From Saccostrea echinata (lineage: Eukaryota): a stretch of 64,000 bases of DNA. The notes beneath the pieces are model-generated. The model saw only the letters and a program-made list of their open reading frames with translations, made no database searches and was not told where the DNA came from. The stretch lies in NCBI RefSeq assembly GCF_033153115.1, contig NW_026889803.1, positions 26,970,001 through 27,034,000 on the forward strand. Reading direction: 5' to 3'. Both the position numbers and the translations under genes were made by a program. Position 1 is the stretch's first letter, and every line of letters starts with the position of its first letter. Shown here one piece after another: positions 1-13,700 of the stretch.

Positions 1-1134
1 CTGTGTCCCATTCATTGTACGCATTCAATTAAAATACATAGTATTATATACTATAAAATGTGAACGAAATGTACATATCAAAATATTTGCTTTATGGTAT
101 ACTATTTTTCGGAAAACTATAATTTGCAATGTAGAGAAAAGATTCAAATATAAGGAATACTAATATTTAGGTATGTTAGACCCAGTGTCAATGGTAGTTA
201 ACCATGACTTAAATATTGCTTGACTTCATAAATTGTTGTTCTTGTTTCGCATAGAGAAATCAGGCTTTCTGAAATGTAGAACTATGTTTTTATGTGGTTT
301 TAATCATATATCTAAAGGATGAAAAAAATTAATATAATGCACCGAGTGTAAGTTACCATTCTCATCTTTTTAAAAGGATACATGACAGGGACAAAAATTG
401 CATGGATTGATCTAATATGTTTTTTTGATTTTGAATAGAAATGACATGAATAAGAATTAAATCCATGTAAAGATGTAAAAAAAAAAATGTAAAGAAATCG
501 TAAGTTGTTTTTTTTTTTGTTTTTTGTTTTTGTTTTTTTTAGGTACTTAGATAGATAGGCAACTTTGTGTCGTTTTCTATGTAATTCTATACAAAATGTT
601 GCACACACATTTAACATTGTGACAAAATTCTCCCACTTTACCTGGCAAACATTATTCAGGCTACCTATTTGAATATAAATCTATGAGAAATATTGCTGAT
701 TTCAGGAAAAAAAAGTTTGTGTGTTTGTGTTATTTATCCCTAAAGTGTTTCACAGATCACTACCAGGAATAATCTTTGAACCTTTTACGCCATCGAATGT
801 AGCGATTTAGATACTGTCATAAAAATATCTCTGTTTAGAATAAATATGATTTTTCTTTTAAATATTGATATCTAAAGCTTACTTTTTTTAAAAAAAAACT
901 TCATAGTTAAATCTTAACTTTTTTAAAAACTTGATAGCTAATTTTTACCTTTTTTGAAAACTTAAAAGCTATCAATTTTTTTTAAATTGATAGACTCAGA
1001 TATCTAAATCTTAACCTTTTTTGCCCTTAGCAATAACCAGGTAAACTATATGATTTTGTGCAAATTTCTGAGTGTGTGAAACTTCAAAAGTACCATTGAA
1101 TTGTATATTTATGACTTTTTTCTTTTCTTTGCAG

Positions 1135-1212
1135 AAGAAAATCATGATCATGATTTGCCTAGTGGTTTTAATTATCGCTCTAGTTGCAATACTTGGAGGT
1201 TTCCTTGGATGA
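1135..1212 (+). CDS. STX1: Terminal coding exon of a syntaxin-1-like t-SNARE (C-terminal membrane anchor); upstream exons lie before the window
   Basis: Polypyrimidine tract + ttgcag acceptor at 1134, then KKIMIMICLVVLIIALVAILGGFLG*, closely matching the syntaxin-1A tail (KKIMIIICCVILG...GGIF). Long AT-rich downstream region is the probable 3' UTR. Confidence 0.75.
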   Translation, partial: KKIMIMICLVVLIIALVAILGGFLG

Positions 1213-4200
1213 CGTCACAGATTGCCTGTAGACTTCTTTTTACATATAGTGAATATTTTTTCTTTTATTTCTTACTTCATTGTAACTGTAAAGGATGATT
1301 TGCTGTGTAACATGTTGAAAGAGTAGTCAGTCATTTTAATAAGACATTTTAAATAAATATTATACAGATACTGATAATAAATATTCAAACCTCGTTATCT
1401 CAAACTCGATGGGACCGAGAAAAGACTTCGAGAAATCTGATTATTCGAGATATTGATGAGGCTCTTGCTTGTAGGAATTTGTAGGAATAACATCTATACT
1501 ATACGAAAATAATAGTAAATTTATTCGAACTTGGCCCTTCATTTACATAAAATACAGATAATTATTAATTCCTATTTAGTTCACATAACACTGAATGCTG
1601 AATCATTTTTATTATATAATCAAACATTGATAATTAATATGCTGCTAAAAGAATATCACCAATCCATGTAATTGGGGATACCTTTTCACATACATGTATA
1701 TTCTCTCACCCCAGACTCTCAAATTCGAATGTTCTGGGAAATATGAAGAAATTCAAGTTATCAATGCTATCATTATCAGTAACAGGGATATACTATAACA
1801 AATGAATCGTGCAATTTTTTAAAATAAATTAATTTGACGACATAGCACCACATTTTAACATCTTACGTGAAGAGGTAAAAGAAGTTCCTGAATCATTATT
1901 GGTTTGAAAGTTATGCTATTTCCAAATAAATAAAGGCTAAAAAAAGTAGTTTTCTTTTTTCGATGTCATTGAATGACTGGTATAAACGACATGAAAAAAA
2001 TCTATTGTACATCATTTTTACAGTAACATATAGCTTTTTAAAAAAAAAAATGTCAAAAATAAATAATTCTTTTTGAAAGAGCTTATTGTCGAAATGGCTT
2101 GAACATTTCTAGATAGATAAAAACTTAACAAGACAGATTATGTTCCATGCAGTCGCATGTGGACAACTTCAGTGGTGTAAAACAAGACAGATTCACTTTT
2201 CATTAATCAACAATTCTGTTTGTAGGAAATTGTTTATAACATACTTGAAAATTTTACTCTCTCAAGACAGACACTCTTTGTTTGCATATCCGTTGTAAAG
2301 TTATTAAAACTGTGCTTCACTGCTTTTATTCATCTCAAGACAAGAAAACGGCTGTACATGAAGCTCATTTCTCACACAGTCGGGGACAATAGATTCCTTT
2401 AGGAACTGTAGGTTTTACCTCCGCTCTTTGACTCCGCCTGTAGTGTATAATGTTTGTCTGTCTGTGCGTTTGACACTTGTTTTCCATAAGTTGTTTTGGT
2501 TAACCTTTGAAATACAGTGTATTGCTTTGGAATTTGATATACATGCACATGTACAGAGTTTCAAACTCAGGGGTTTCAGTTGCAAACCACATGACCATTC
2601 ATGAACGAAGTACGATAATTTTGTGGTAATTTGTCGAAATATCAATAACAAATCCAAGATGAAACTAACATTAAACTTTTTGTTTTAAAGACATTACAAG
2701 AAAATATCTATCTATCACATCTTTTTGCTATCCTTATTTAAAACGGAACGACGTTTTTGATTCAAAATTGACTTTTAGAAAACGTGCTTCAGTGTCTTTT
2801 TTTTCGTCTTCCGATAACAAAACTCAATAAAACACGCATTTAGAGGGACCCACTATATCGTTGTACGTCTTTTGACTATTTTTAGGTCCTGCTGTAAAAA
2901 AATAAAAATGACACCCCCCTCAAAAAAAAAAAAAAAAAAGAGAGAGAGAGAGGGGAACAAAAACTAAGATAAAAAAAGAAGGAAAAAACAAAACAAAACA
3001 AAATATGACAAAAACGAAAAAGCAACAACAACAAACAAAAAAAAAACAAAAAAGCAACCAAACAAACCAAACCGAAAACATCAAAATAAATTAAAGAAAA
3101 CGTTTTCCCATAAATTTAATACATCAAATAGAATGTTATACCCTAGTGGGTAAAAAAAGGCCCTCTTCTTTAAAATTTTTATTCGATTCCGGAATGAATC
3201 ATTGAGGTCGACGATTGTTCGAAATAATTCCAATATACTTCCCATGTTGCTTGAACAAAAATAGTTGCTTTCCATGTTCGCAAAATAATTCTGAAATGTT
3301 TTAAGTTGTGAACAGAATAGCTAAAAATTAATGACTTAAAAACTATTTTTGCAATTATTATTGAAGTAGTACATGTACATGTAAATGACTGAAGGTTTGG
3401 AAAGTTGTTTATGTGTGAGAGTGATAGCTTTTCACCCCTGATTTGATAACTTTCAATCCTCTGACGGAACCAAAACTGGGTCATTGGCTTGGATGACCAC
3501 AGATAAGATTATCTAGCAGGTCCTGTTCAAGTACACCTTCGGTTTCAGCAAACAAGACGGACATTATTTTCACAATACATTTTTTTTTCATTGCTAATTC
3601 GATGTAATTTTCCCGTCAATTTTCCGAAAGGGGAAATTGCAACCAACTATGACTTCCAAAATTTAAGTTTAGAAAACCATCGTTTTACAAAATGCGTAAG
3701 ATTAATTTAAGAGGAAAATTAATTTATTGAGAATGAACAACAGTTTGAAAACAAAACATCAAATATTTATTTGTCTGAACATGAAAAAATATGGAAATGC
3801 AAAATATAACAAAACGATTCAGAAAACACTGAAGAAAAACACCTTTGTATATACATCATACTTGAAATTATCCTACAACACTACATTGTGAGGACCAATA
3901 AGTATTTCTCATGAGGTCAATTTGGGTGGGTGCTTCTTGGGGGAAGTGGGAGGCACAGTTAAGAACTATTATATGTTAATTTCTTCAGACTACTATATGG
4001 GATTAAGACCATGACATGTTGATACCTGAAGTACTTCATCGCAATTTTTAACATTTAAAGCGCTATAGTAGTCTGTGTTTTCCAACATACAAAACCAAAA
4101 AAGAGGTTCAATTTAGTAAAATTACATCTTGCCATCAAAATAATTCTTCGGTTTTGTTAGTTTTATTCTTTATCATTCATGTATCTCTCATCTTGGTTTT

Positions 4201-4652
4201 AATATTATATACCAAATGAATTGTTTAAAAATATTCTTTTAGCAAAATTTTGGAACCACCAAATTTCATCAATTTACAGTTTAATTTGGAGTTCAATTAA
4301 ATAAATTGCAGTTACTCGATTTGCAAAAAAAGAAAAAAAAAATATTTTGTACTTTTTTGCAAGTGGACATAATGTCCACCCACATATACATACATGCATG
4401 TATAACATCGTATCAGTAATTATAAAAGACAGGTGCAACCATAAAAAAAACAATTTGTTCAGATCATGACATCGTATAAAAATCAAAATTAACAAATATA
4501 CAACAACAGGCAAAATATTTAAATCATACACCTCCACCCTCTCGTCTTGTCGTATGTACATGTAGATCACTGATTTTTTTGCCTACTATAGGTAAACCGA
4601 TCTATACATGTATATATTACATATATACAAGTGTATTTACAAACTTATAGCG

Positions 4653-7600
4653 TTAGTTTTCATTTTGGCATTTTTCTTTTTCAGTTATTTGAACAACTTC
4701 AAATGTATATGTCCACGAAGTGATTGTACTAATTGAAATTCTAGAAGATTTCAATACTTTCTTTCCGGAAACCTTAGACTTGCAGCCTGAGAGCATAGTT
4801 TTGTAATATTTACAAACTCTTCGGTTGCAAATGAATGCAAAAAAGATAAACAACCCCTGTGAACAATTAAATATGATAAACAAAAAGCTCATAACATGTA
4901 ACACCGTACAAATTGTAAATGTTGGTGTATCTGCAAAAGCACTAACTATCGAGGAGGCCAGACCGGAAATCCACGTGAAACCCATCATAGTTGACATGCG
5001 TACATAAAGACTGACATCAGATTTTCCGGTCACATGATTCAACGAAGATCGCCTCGTTTTGATGTTTGCAAGTTTCAAAGTTTTGCGAATGCAGTAAATA
5101 GTTTTTACAAACATTACGCTGTTGGAAAAAAGAATGAGGAGCATTGGAGAACCGAAGGCAACAAGAGCAGCCACAGGCTCCTGTATCCAACAGCCTAGGT
5201 TTTCATCCGTGGATTCCATCCTTCGAGACAATGTATTGTTGTCCAAGGTGCCACTCAAATCATGATCCACAAAACCATTTGGGGAAAGAGAGAGGGAACC
5301 GCCACCATATTTAATTTTTACATTAGGTATAATGTCTGTGTAGTCAATCACAGCACAACCAGCCACAATAAGAGCTGGTGATCCCCACGCATACAGAGCA
5401 TAACGTGGGAGGTATTTCTCTTTGCTTCTCACTCTTGTGAGGATATACTTGTTGGCAAATGTTTTATATAAGTCATACGACATAACATTCATCCAGAAGA
5501 AAGACGCCAGAAATAGGTAGTGAAGCATCATGCCTATCACTGGGCACAACCAATCTGGCTTAGGCGCCCCAGAGACAATGAAAAGTAGTTCGGCAAGAAA
5601 GAGTGCGAATGTTAGGTTAGCCGTGCTCACTCCGGGCAAATTTCTCATTTCTTTAAAAATAACATAGGTAATCAATGAAAGGAATGTGATCACAGTTGAA
5701 ATGATCCCCAAAACGAAACTTAGGTAACTCTCAGCCACGATGATATTCTTAAATTCTATTCCGCACGATGTTTTCAGAATATTCGAGGAAACGCCTTGAC
5801 TGTATATGCATATCCTTATATTGTCATGCATATCATCTACATATTCATATTTATCCTGATCAAATACTTCTCCTTCATAAAAAACCGAATTATTGTACAA
5901 TTTCTCGTACGAAGTCGAGTTCAAAGTCAATTTTGCACACTCGCCGTTTTGAATACGAGGCGTATCGCAGAGAAAAACTAAGGCGTTCATAGTTACGTTG
6001 CTTATATTTCCGAATTCACCCAACACGTAAATATAAAAATCAAACATATCCGGTCCATAGAATTTCCCTGTTTCATTCACAAATACACCGTGGACTGTTC
6101 GTCCGGTCCGACTGTCAGTTGAATTCTTCATGTCTACTTCACTTCCCTTTTTCATGATTTTCGTTCCATGGTTGCACCATTTGATAAGATGCAGTGATAC
6201 GTTATGTTGTTGCTGTTTTATTTCAGTAATCTTGAAGTCGGAGCCGTTTAATTCTAAACTAAAACTTTGAGTCCTTATCAAATGATTCATATTATCCACC
6301 ACACTAGACAAAGAAGAGCTAAATTTCCCAGTCTTTTTTATGCTTGCCAAAAGATCAAATTTAAATTCAACTGTGAACAATGATTCATCGGGGGATTTTT
6401 CTTTGGTAGTTTGTTGGTTGTCGGAAGACACATTTTTAGACACATCTTCAGTTTTTGTAGTCAATATTTCTGGAGAGAAGTCTTCGTTCTCCGTAGCTCT
6501 GTTTTTCTGGAACCGTCTTGGATGAACAATCTCTATCATCTGGGACTGTGTCGTACCGTTACGAATAGATATTGTAAGGTCTCTGATGCGACTGGAGCTC
6601 ACATTTAAGACAAAGGCAATTTCTTCAATAATCATATCCTCTGCACCGTCCTGTTCCAAAATACTCAGTTCCTCTTTAGTAGCATTAAGTCGGAATGTCA
6701 GAGACGTCATCTCATTCGCGTTTTGCAGTCGTGACAAAGAATCTTCTGAATTTAGAGATATTGGATCAGGTTGGCAGACGTTGTTTTCAAGATGGTAGCC
6801 TTCATCACATGTGACTTCACGACAGTGCCCCTTGTAATACACTTGGTTCTTTGGACAAGAGACCGTTTCAACGGGATGTGTCGTTTCCGTGCTGAATATA
6901 ATGTGTCCTTCACCATTTATTCCAAAATTTATCAGAATTTGAAACGACAAGGGCATTTTTTCTGAGCCTGGTTGAGGATTTATTGGAGCATTGCGGGCAC
7001 GGTTTTCATGGCTGCGAAGACTGGTGGGATGTTTACAGTGTTTTATAACATTTTGGTTATACGGAAAAATTTTCTTTGAACATCTCGCCATTTCATCCAT
7101 ACTTTTTAGGATATTGATAGAGGTATTCTTGAAGCCATCCATTAATTTAAGAACAGGTATGTCATTAAACTTTAAGTCAGCGGTCCAGGAACTTACATTG
7201 TGTGCTCCATGGCAACGCGAACAATAGACATTTCTGTACACGACTCCATGTAAATCTTGAACTGGGATATGCTGCAAGTCTATAACACACTTGTGCTGTT
7301 CTTCTACAAATTGTTTATGGTGACCATGACACAGCAATACGGCTTGATCATCAGTGGAGTCATGTGGACATTTATTAACCATATAAATTGGCTTAGGAGA
7401 ATACAACGGAAAGTGAATACATTTTCCAAACCTTTTGTAAACTAAATGAAAAATCAGCTCATCATAGAGGGATTCCTCGTCCGTTTCTGCGGGAGACTCC
7501 TGTTCGGCATCTTGTGGAGAAGTCGTTTTCATTTTATCTGCGCCTTTCATTCTAAGAACATCTCTGTTAAACCAAAATTGTTCATCTGGTATTTTCACGC

Positions 7601-7796
7601 TCTCATCCTCTTTTAGACCATATAGAAGTCTTTGTAACTTAATTTTCAGGATTTTCTTATTCTCATCCTGTGATTTGTTCGGCAAATCGTTTATACTGTA
7701 GGCGGTGGGTACGAATGGGTCACTGGAAATATGAAAACACTGGACGGTCACCAAAGTCAAGACAGCAAGGTACATTGTGATGAAGAGTTCATTCAT
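4653..7796 (-). CDS. Intronless class-B (secretin/adhesion/Methuselah-like) GPCR with a long Cys-containing ectodomain, ~1047 aa
   Basis: ORF 4653-7883 opens on TTG; first ATG at 7796 is followed by a signal-peptide-like hydrophobic stretch. Ectodomain has CP...PV...VYRNVYCSRCHG. 7TM motifs: MRNLPG, LHYLFLASFFWMNVMSYD, YALYAWGSP, GCWI, MGFTWI, NCSQGLFIFFAFIC. Confidence 0.88.
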   Translation of the reverse strand: MNELFITMYLAVLTLVTVQCFHISSDPFVPTAYSINDLPNKSQDENKKILKIKLQRLLYGLKEDESVKIPDEQFWFNRDVLRMKGADKMKTTSPQDAEQESPAETDEESLYDELIFHLVYKRFGKCIHFPLYSPKPIYMVNKCPHDSTDDQAVLLCHGHHKQFVEEQHKCVIDLQHIPVQDLHGVVYRNVYCSRCHGAHNVSSWTADLKFNDIPVLKLMDGFKNTSINILKSMDEMARCSKKIFPYNQNVIKHCKHPTSLRSHENRARNAPINPQPGSEKMPLSFQILINFGINGEGHIIFSTETTHPVETVSCPKNQVYYKGHCREVTCDEGYHLENNVCQPDPISLNSEDSLSRLQNANEMTSLTFRLNATKEELSILEQDGAEDMIIEEIAFVLNVSSSRIRDLTISIRNGTTQSQMIEIVHPRRFQKNRATENEDFSPEILTTKTEDVSKNVSSDNQQTTKEKSPDESLFTVEFKFDLLASIKKTGKFSSSLSSVVDNMNHLIRTQSFSLELNGSDFKITEIKQQQHNVSLHLIKWCNHGTKIMKKGSEVDMKNSTDSRTGRTVHGVFVNETGKFYGPDMFDFYIYVLGEFGNISNVTMNALVFLCDTPRIQNGECAKLTLNSTSYEKLYNNSVFYEGEVFDQDKYEYVDDMHDNIRICIYSQGVSSNILKTSCGIEFKNIIVAESYLSFVLGIISTVITFLSLITYVIFKEMRNLPGVSTANLTFALFLAELLFIVSGAPKPDWLCPVIGMMLHYLFLASFFWMNVMSYDLYKTFANKYILTRVRSKEKYLPRYALYAWGSPALIVAGCAVIDYTDIIPNVKIKYGGGSLSLSPNGFVDHDLSGTLDNNTLSRRMESTDENLGCWIQEPVAALVAFGSPMLLILFSNSVMFVKTIYCIRKTLKLANIKTRRSSLNHVTGKSDVSLYVRMSTMMGFTWISGLASSIVSAFADTPTFTICTVLHVMSFLFIIFNCSQGLFIFFAFICNRRVCKYYKTMLSGCKSKVSGKKVLKSSRISISTITSWTYTFEVVQITEKEKCQNEN

Positions 7797-10700
7797 GCTG
7801 ACAGCAGCTACTATGAATGTTGTGGTGATGCATCGCGAAAAAACAATACTGTTTTCCAAAATTAAACAAGTCTGAGTTCTCAATCGCTGGCTTGATTATA
7901 GAAAAAGATTGACACTTGGCAGAGTTTATCTACAGTTTGAACATATGGCGAACTCTCACAAATTTGTCGCCCTACGAATTTGTCCAATAAAATGTTTATG
8001 TCAATCCGGCAGGTAAATGACAAGTCCTTTTGTTATCAGAGGTAGTTTTGCAATCATTCGGACTTATTGTTACGGATTACAGCAACAATCACTGACTCTT
8101 AAGATAACTTTGTTTGCAGTTGGTATTAGAATCAGAGGGGAATGTTAAGTGTCCATTTATTCACTTCCTTCCAAAACCCCAGTAGCAGCTTTTAAGACCC
8201 TTGATTAGGGATACGGCGACACTGATGATAGTGTATTAAGAAACAAACTCTCGGGGACGAAAACCTTTGGTATGGAAGAATTTCATTGAAAAAGTTCGAA
8301 AAGCACGAAAGAGCAAAATATTATAGATTGGAAATTAGTCGTATCTCCTCGGCAATGATAATGGTTAAAATACACCTTATCCCATCCCTTTAGCCCATCC
8401 CTTCAGACTCAAGAACAATCAGTGAAGTGCACATGCGTGCTGTCTTTGACTTGAAGAAAGTCAAGATCAGCATTGTTGAACAAGGAGAAGCATCCCAGCT
8501 AAAATGGCATGCAAACATTTACGCAAAAAAGGGCTTGTGGACAGAGAAACACTGCATGATAAAAACGTTATACATTGTAAATATTTATATTTACAATACA
8601 TTTTGATTTTATGCATTAAGTGCGGTATACTGTAGTATTTTTTTTTTTTTGGCTAATTCTTGAATTTAATTTTTTTTATCATAAATGTCATTAAATATAA
8701 AGAAAAAAATGTAATTGGCCATTACTTCGAATTACATAAACTAGTAATTATAATCAATATTATCTGCTGCAATTAGAAAATTTTATAATGGCACGTGCGT
8801 TAGAAAAAAAACACAACTTTTTGGGGGGTATCTCTGACAGTAATTAAATAATTTAATATTGTATTTAAAAAAAACCTTGGGGGAATTGTTATGTAAATTT
8901 TTAATTTACCGGGAGACAGAAAAAAAAGTTGTACATTCAAAATTTACAACACCATAGAGCTGAATACTATAAATGTATATATGTAAAGATCTATGCAGAA
9001 CGTTCAATAAACCATTGGTGTCACCTGCTTGCGAACATGCTGATGCTACATTTTCTGTTACCATTTTAGAATCGTCAAAATAATGAATATTAATTCCATA
9101 GCACTAATATAAAATAATGAAATACTCATTGTTGATGATTCGCACTGATTACGGAAGCCCCATCTAGTGACATTTCATTATCAACAATCAATTTAAAGAG
9201 GTACGCATCTGAAAGTATTGTAATGTCAATTTTTCATGAAGTATATCTACTATGATAAAAAATAAAAATGCTATAGAGAAATATCGGTGACACATGCGTT
9301 ATCTCTTAGTGAAAGATATTTGAACTTGACCTATTTGTACTTGGAAAAGTATGAAATATTGATTTAAGCTACTGCTGTTTCAAAGAAAATATTATAAACA
9401 TGACAATACGTTTTATGTAAATGAATATCCAAGGATACTATTAATAGTTTTGTTTAAAAAAAATCACTTTTGATGTCTAAAATATGAGTCATGACATTTT
9501 TGCACTTAAAAATAAGAAAATTTAAGTTTATGTTTCTAAAATTTAGTGAAGAAGTTAAGTCATTTTAAAAAATTCGGCATGAATATTATTGCTACATCTT
9601 CTATTTTGTATATCTAGAACAAAAACATGGGGTCACATTCCACTTTATCAAGTTGTGGAGGTAATAAATAAATTTTAATGAAAAAAAAAAATGAAATTAT
9701 TTTTCCAGAATTTTTGTGAATTTAAGCCTTGTGTATTTTGATAAAACATCCATTGGTTTATTTTCAAATTCGATAAACTAGAGTTAAATCTCTACTATTT
9801 GTCTGATGTCTGAAAAAATAGTTGTGTGATTACTTCTTTTCAGGAGATGTTTAAAAGCCAATTAAAAAAAATTAAAATAAGCAAATCTGTATGTATTTCT
9901 TGCTTGAAATCCCGCACAAAAAATAATCCCCAAGAAAACACCTTTAAAAAGCATTTGACTTTTTTTCTTTTAATAAAATTGTTATGTTTTAGATATCACT
10001 ATCTTTATGAATATGAAGATAAATGTTAACTTTGGAATCCTAATCGGAGCATTCTTCCTTATGTGTTTTATTCTCTATTTTACATTTTCAGAACATTTGT
10101 GAAACAATCAGATTTAAAGTACATCTCGTTGGATCCTGATATTTAAAGTCTTAAACCTTTTTTCAAGTATATTTTTAGTTTCTACAAACATAGTTTAATT
10201 AAAAATCAAATCGAAAAATGGAGGTCAATATGCTTCTTTTGGTGCTACAGTACATTTAATATGACTTTTGTCTTAATCAAAAATCACATCTTCGACGTTT
10301 TCTCTCCAACGTTTTTATCCAAATAAATCATGGAACAAAATAAACTATTGGTCTATTAAAAAAAGACACGTTAAAATTGTGACCAAGAAAAAGTTTCAAA
10401 TTGCTTCGTATAATCAATTATCTGACCTTTCTGCACTCACAATATGTGATTTTTCTGGCATTAAAAATTTAACAAGCAAGAAAATTATTTTAAAGTCTTA
10501 AACTTTTGCTGAATTTAAGCAGATTGATCAAAGTTATCTTATATATATTCAGAAAAGAAAAACAAAAGTGGGGGTCTATGATGTAAATTTTTAGATATTA
10601 TTAGAATTAATTTTATGTTAAAATTGGCTCAATTTTTTCCTGGACTTTCAGAATATATTTTCTATACTTGTCACAATATGATGAAAGAATTCATAAGAAA

Positions 10701-13700
10701 TAATTTTAATAGATATTTCAGAACCAGCATAAAACATTTCACTGTAAAAAAAAAAAACAACAAACAAACAAACAAAAACAGCTGTTTGCAACCAGCATGG
10801 AAAAATAGGAATCTAAACTTAACAGTGCTGTATATATTTCTAAAAAAAAACTTCCACCACAAAATTTAGTTCCTGGCTTGATCCTATTTGAATGGAATTT
10901 AATCGCGTTTTTTCATTGGATATAGTTTAATTTTCATTGTAGAATCCAGATTTAATGTTAGAACTTAAAATGATGCAGAATTTTAGAAATAAAGGTCCAG
11001 ACCAAAATCTGCTCAAAAGCTCAGGATCGAACTGCAAACATGTGATCTACAAAGGAAACATTGCCTAAATAATTTGCACTTGAATATAAGAACGATTTCA
11101 CAGATACTAAAACTATTAACAAAGTTGAAAAATGAAAGGTGGGGAATTGCACGCACAAGTATCAAAATAATTGGTTTTACTTTATTCAGTCAATGCAACC
11201 TTAGGCAATACAGACCATCAGTATAGAAGATTAATATGATTATACAAGACACATGGGTACAGCCCACTAATTGTTTTCCCATAGGCGGCAATGTTAACAT
11301 TTCTTCACATAGCAATGTCCCTAATTTTCGTTCAGCATTGAGTGACCCCTCAAATCAAAGCACATCAAGTTGTCTTTCCTTGGTTAAAATCTCGAGGTGG
11401 CATGTCAGATTCGTTTTCCGGCAAAATGCGTCTGTCTGCGTTAACCTCTGAAAATGAAAGTGAAAGTAGGGGATTTCAAGACTTCTCACTGGTGTTATAA
11501 TACATAAAATAATTCTGCTGATCTTCTTGATAAATTACATCTGCCAAGCTTTTTTGCAAGGGAACATACTCCTTATCAACAAGTATGAGGCTCAGTTTAA
11601 TACCTTATCACAGTTTTTTTTACTCAGGTCTGCAAATTAAAAAACTTGTAATTTTTTCTGCACTACTTTCTTCTCCTACCGATTCTAAAAATAATTAGAG
11701 GTATGTACCCAATATGAAAAGAATTTTCTGGATTTTACAACATTTAACATCATAAGTCATACTACAAACTATGTAGTGACATTATGCCAAACTTCAGGAA
11801 AATTCAGTCATTAATAAAGATTTTACAGCATGCACAGTTCTATATGCAAAATTCTTTTAAAATGCTTCCATCTAGCCACAACTGCACCCAAATTTTAAGT
11901 CATCGGTTAGCCTATTAATGTACTTATACCATTTTAATTCTCTTTCATAATTTTAAATACATCAAGCAAAATCATAATCAAGCACTCATACGGGTCCATT
12001 TCTCTTATTTTAAAAAATCAATGCATTTTTGCACAAAATTTTATATCCCTCACCCTTGAATTCATTGTTTCTCCATGATTGACAAAAAAATTAAGTTTAC
12101 AAATACCCCGAAAGTAGTAAAAATAGAAAGTACTGATTATTTCCTGTCCATTGATGCATCATTCAGGAAAATTGGTATAGGAATAAAGAAGTTATAAGCC
12201 CTTATATTCTTGTAAACATTCATCTGTTTCAAAGCAATTTTTACGCCAATGCAAGGTCACTCATCTATGACGCCATAATGACATCATAATAATGGATTGC
12301 TTATTACACATGTAGTGTTACTTTTCCCATACTTTTAATTAAAGTTGAAATTAGAACTAAAATATTCATTATAACTATAAAATAACAAAAATACTTGCAT
12401 GAGCAGATCAAATAAATAGTCTACAGAAAATGTTTTGTTTCCATGGTAACCATTTTGTAATTTGTAGGAAAATGAAAGAGAACTTTGAAAGTTTTGAATT
12501 TCCTTACAAGTCGCTCATTCTGACTGACAAATATTAAAGAAATTTCAACTCTTATATTTTTTAATCTTAATATTTTATCATACACAACACTATGAATGTA
12601 ACTATTTTGAAATTCTCTTTAAAACATATTAGCTGTAAAATATATAGCATACATGTACAGATTAGTTTGATGTTCACTTTCATTGCTCAAATATTCATTT
12701 AAAATCTACATTTACTAAGCTTTAACACCCCCCCCCCTCCTCCCGCACACACACACACATACACACAAAGAAGCTTTAGAAAATTCAACTTACATATTAA
12801 AAGTACTGCCATCATTTTATATATGAAGACTCAAGCTGTGTTCAAATGAGTTTGTTTTTCCTGACTGATAGTTTTAAACACCATCTGCATGAACCTCAAA
12901 GTTAACCTGTATCACCATGAACCTAAAAAAAAATCAATTTAAAAAATGGTGCAATAATTAATCAGCATCAAAAAGCACCTAAAACATTCACAGACAGACA
13001 TCAAACACACACAATCCTACAACATTCCCTGATGCCCTTAATTGGTTGATATCAATTGAAAATTATGAATTTGCACTGATTAGTCTCAGCATTGTTAAAT
13101 TACATGTAAATTAATAATACAGGTAAAAAGCATGTAACTGACAATAATTATACATTAGACAAATACATGTAATCCAGTTAATAAAATATAAAAAAAAATG
13201 TTAGTGTGCATGTTCACACACACACTGCTTAACTTCTACACAACTGTAGCCTGACCGACTTCTTTGAAAAAATGCACATGTATGTCCTCGTTCATGTAAT
13301 TCTATTCCATGAAAATAAAAGTTTTCATTTACAAATATTGTAATAAAGCATGGAAACCTCTTTTTTTCTTTACCTCTTTCATAAAATGACAAATGCATAT
13401 CACCTACATACTGCAAGACTCTGCATTAGGTAGCATAGCTGCACTAAGCAGTGTTGATAACTTACTGCCATTCTACTTTCACTTTGACCTTGAACTTCAC
13501 TGAATACTGATTCCGACCTCATTTCTGAACTTTTGTGTATTGATGATAAACAATAGTGGTGGATGTACTTCTAAAATAATTGTTCCTTTTCTAAATATCT
13601 ATTAATGGCTCAAAATTAATAAATTGTATAGAATCGATACATTTAATTTACATGCTACATGTGTACACAATGGGAGATATGCATATATGCGCATAAGCTG

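Noticed and set aside
7797-7883. TTG-initiated N-terminal extension of the GPCR
   Set aside because: ATG 7796 directly precedes the signal peptide; no evidence for non-AUG initiation.
9193-10259. Kolobok-like TTAA-flanked element
   Set aside because: Terminal inverted similarity is too weak to support.
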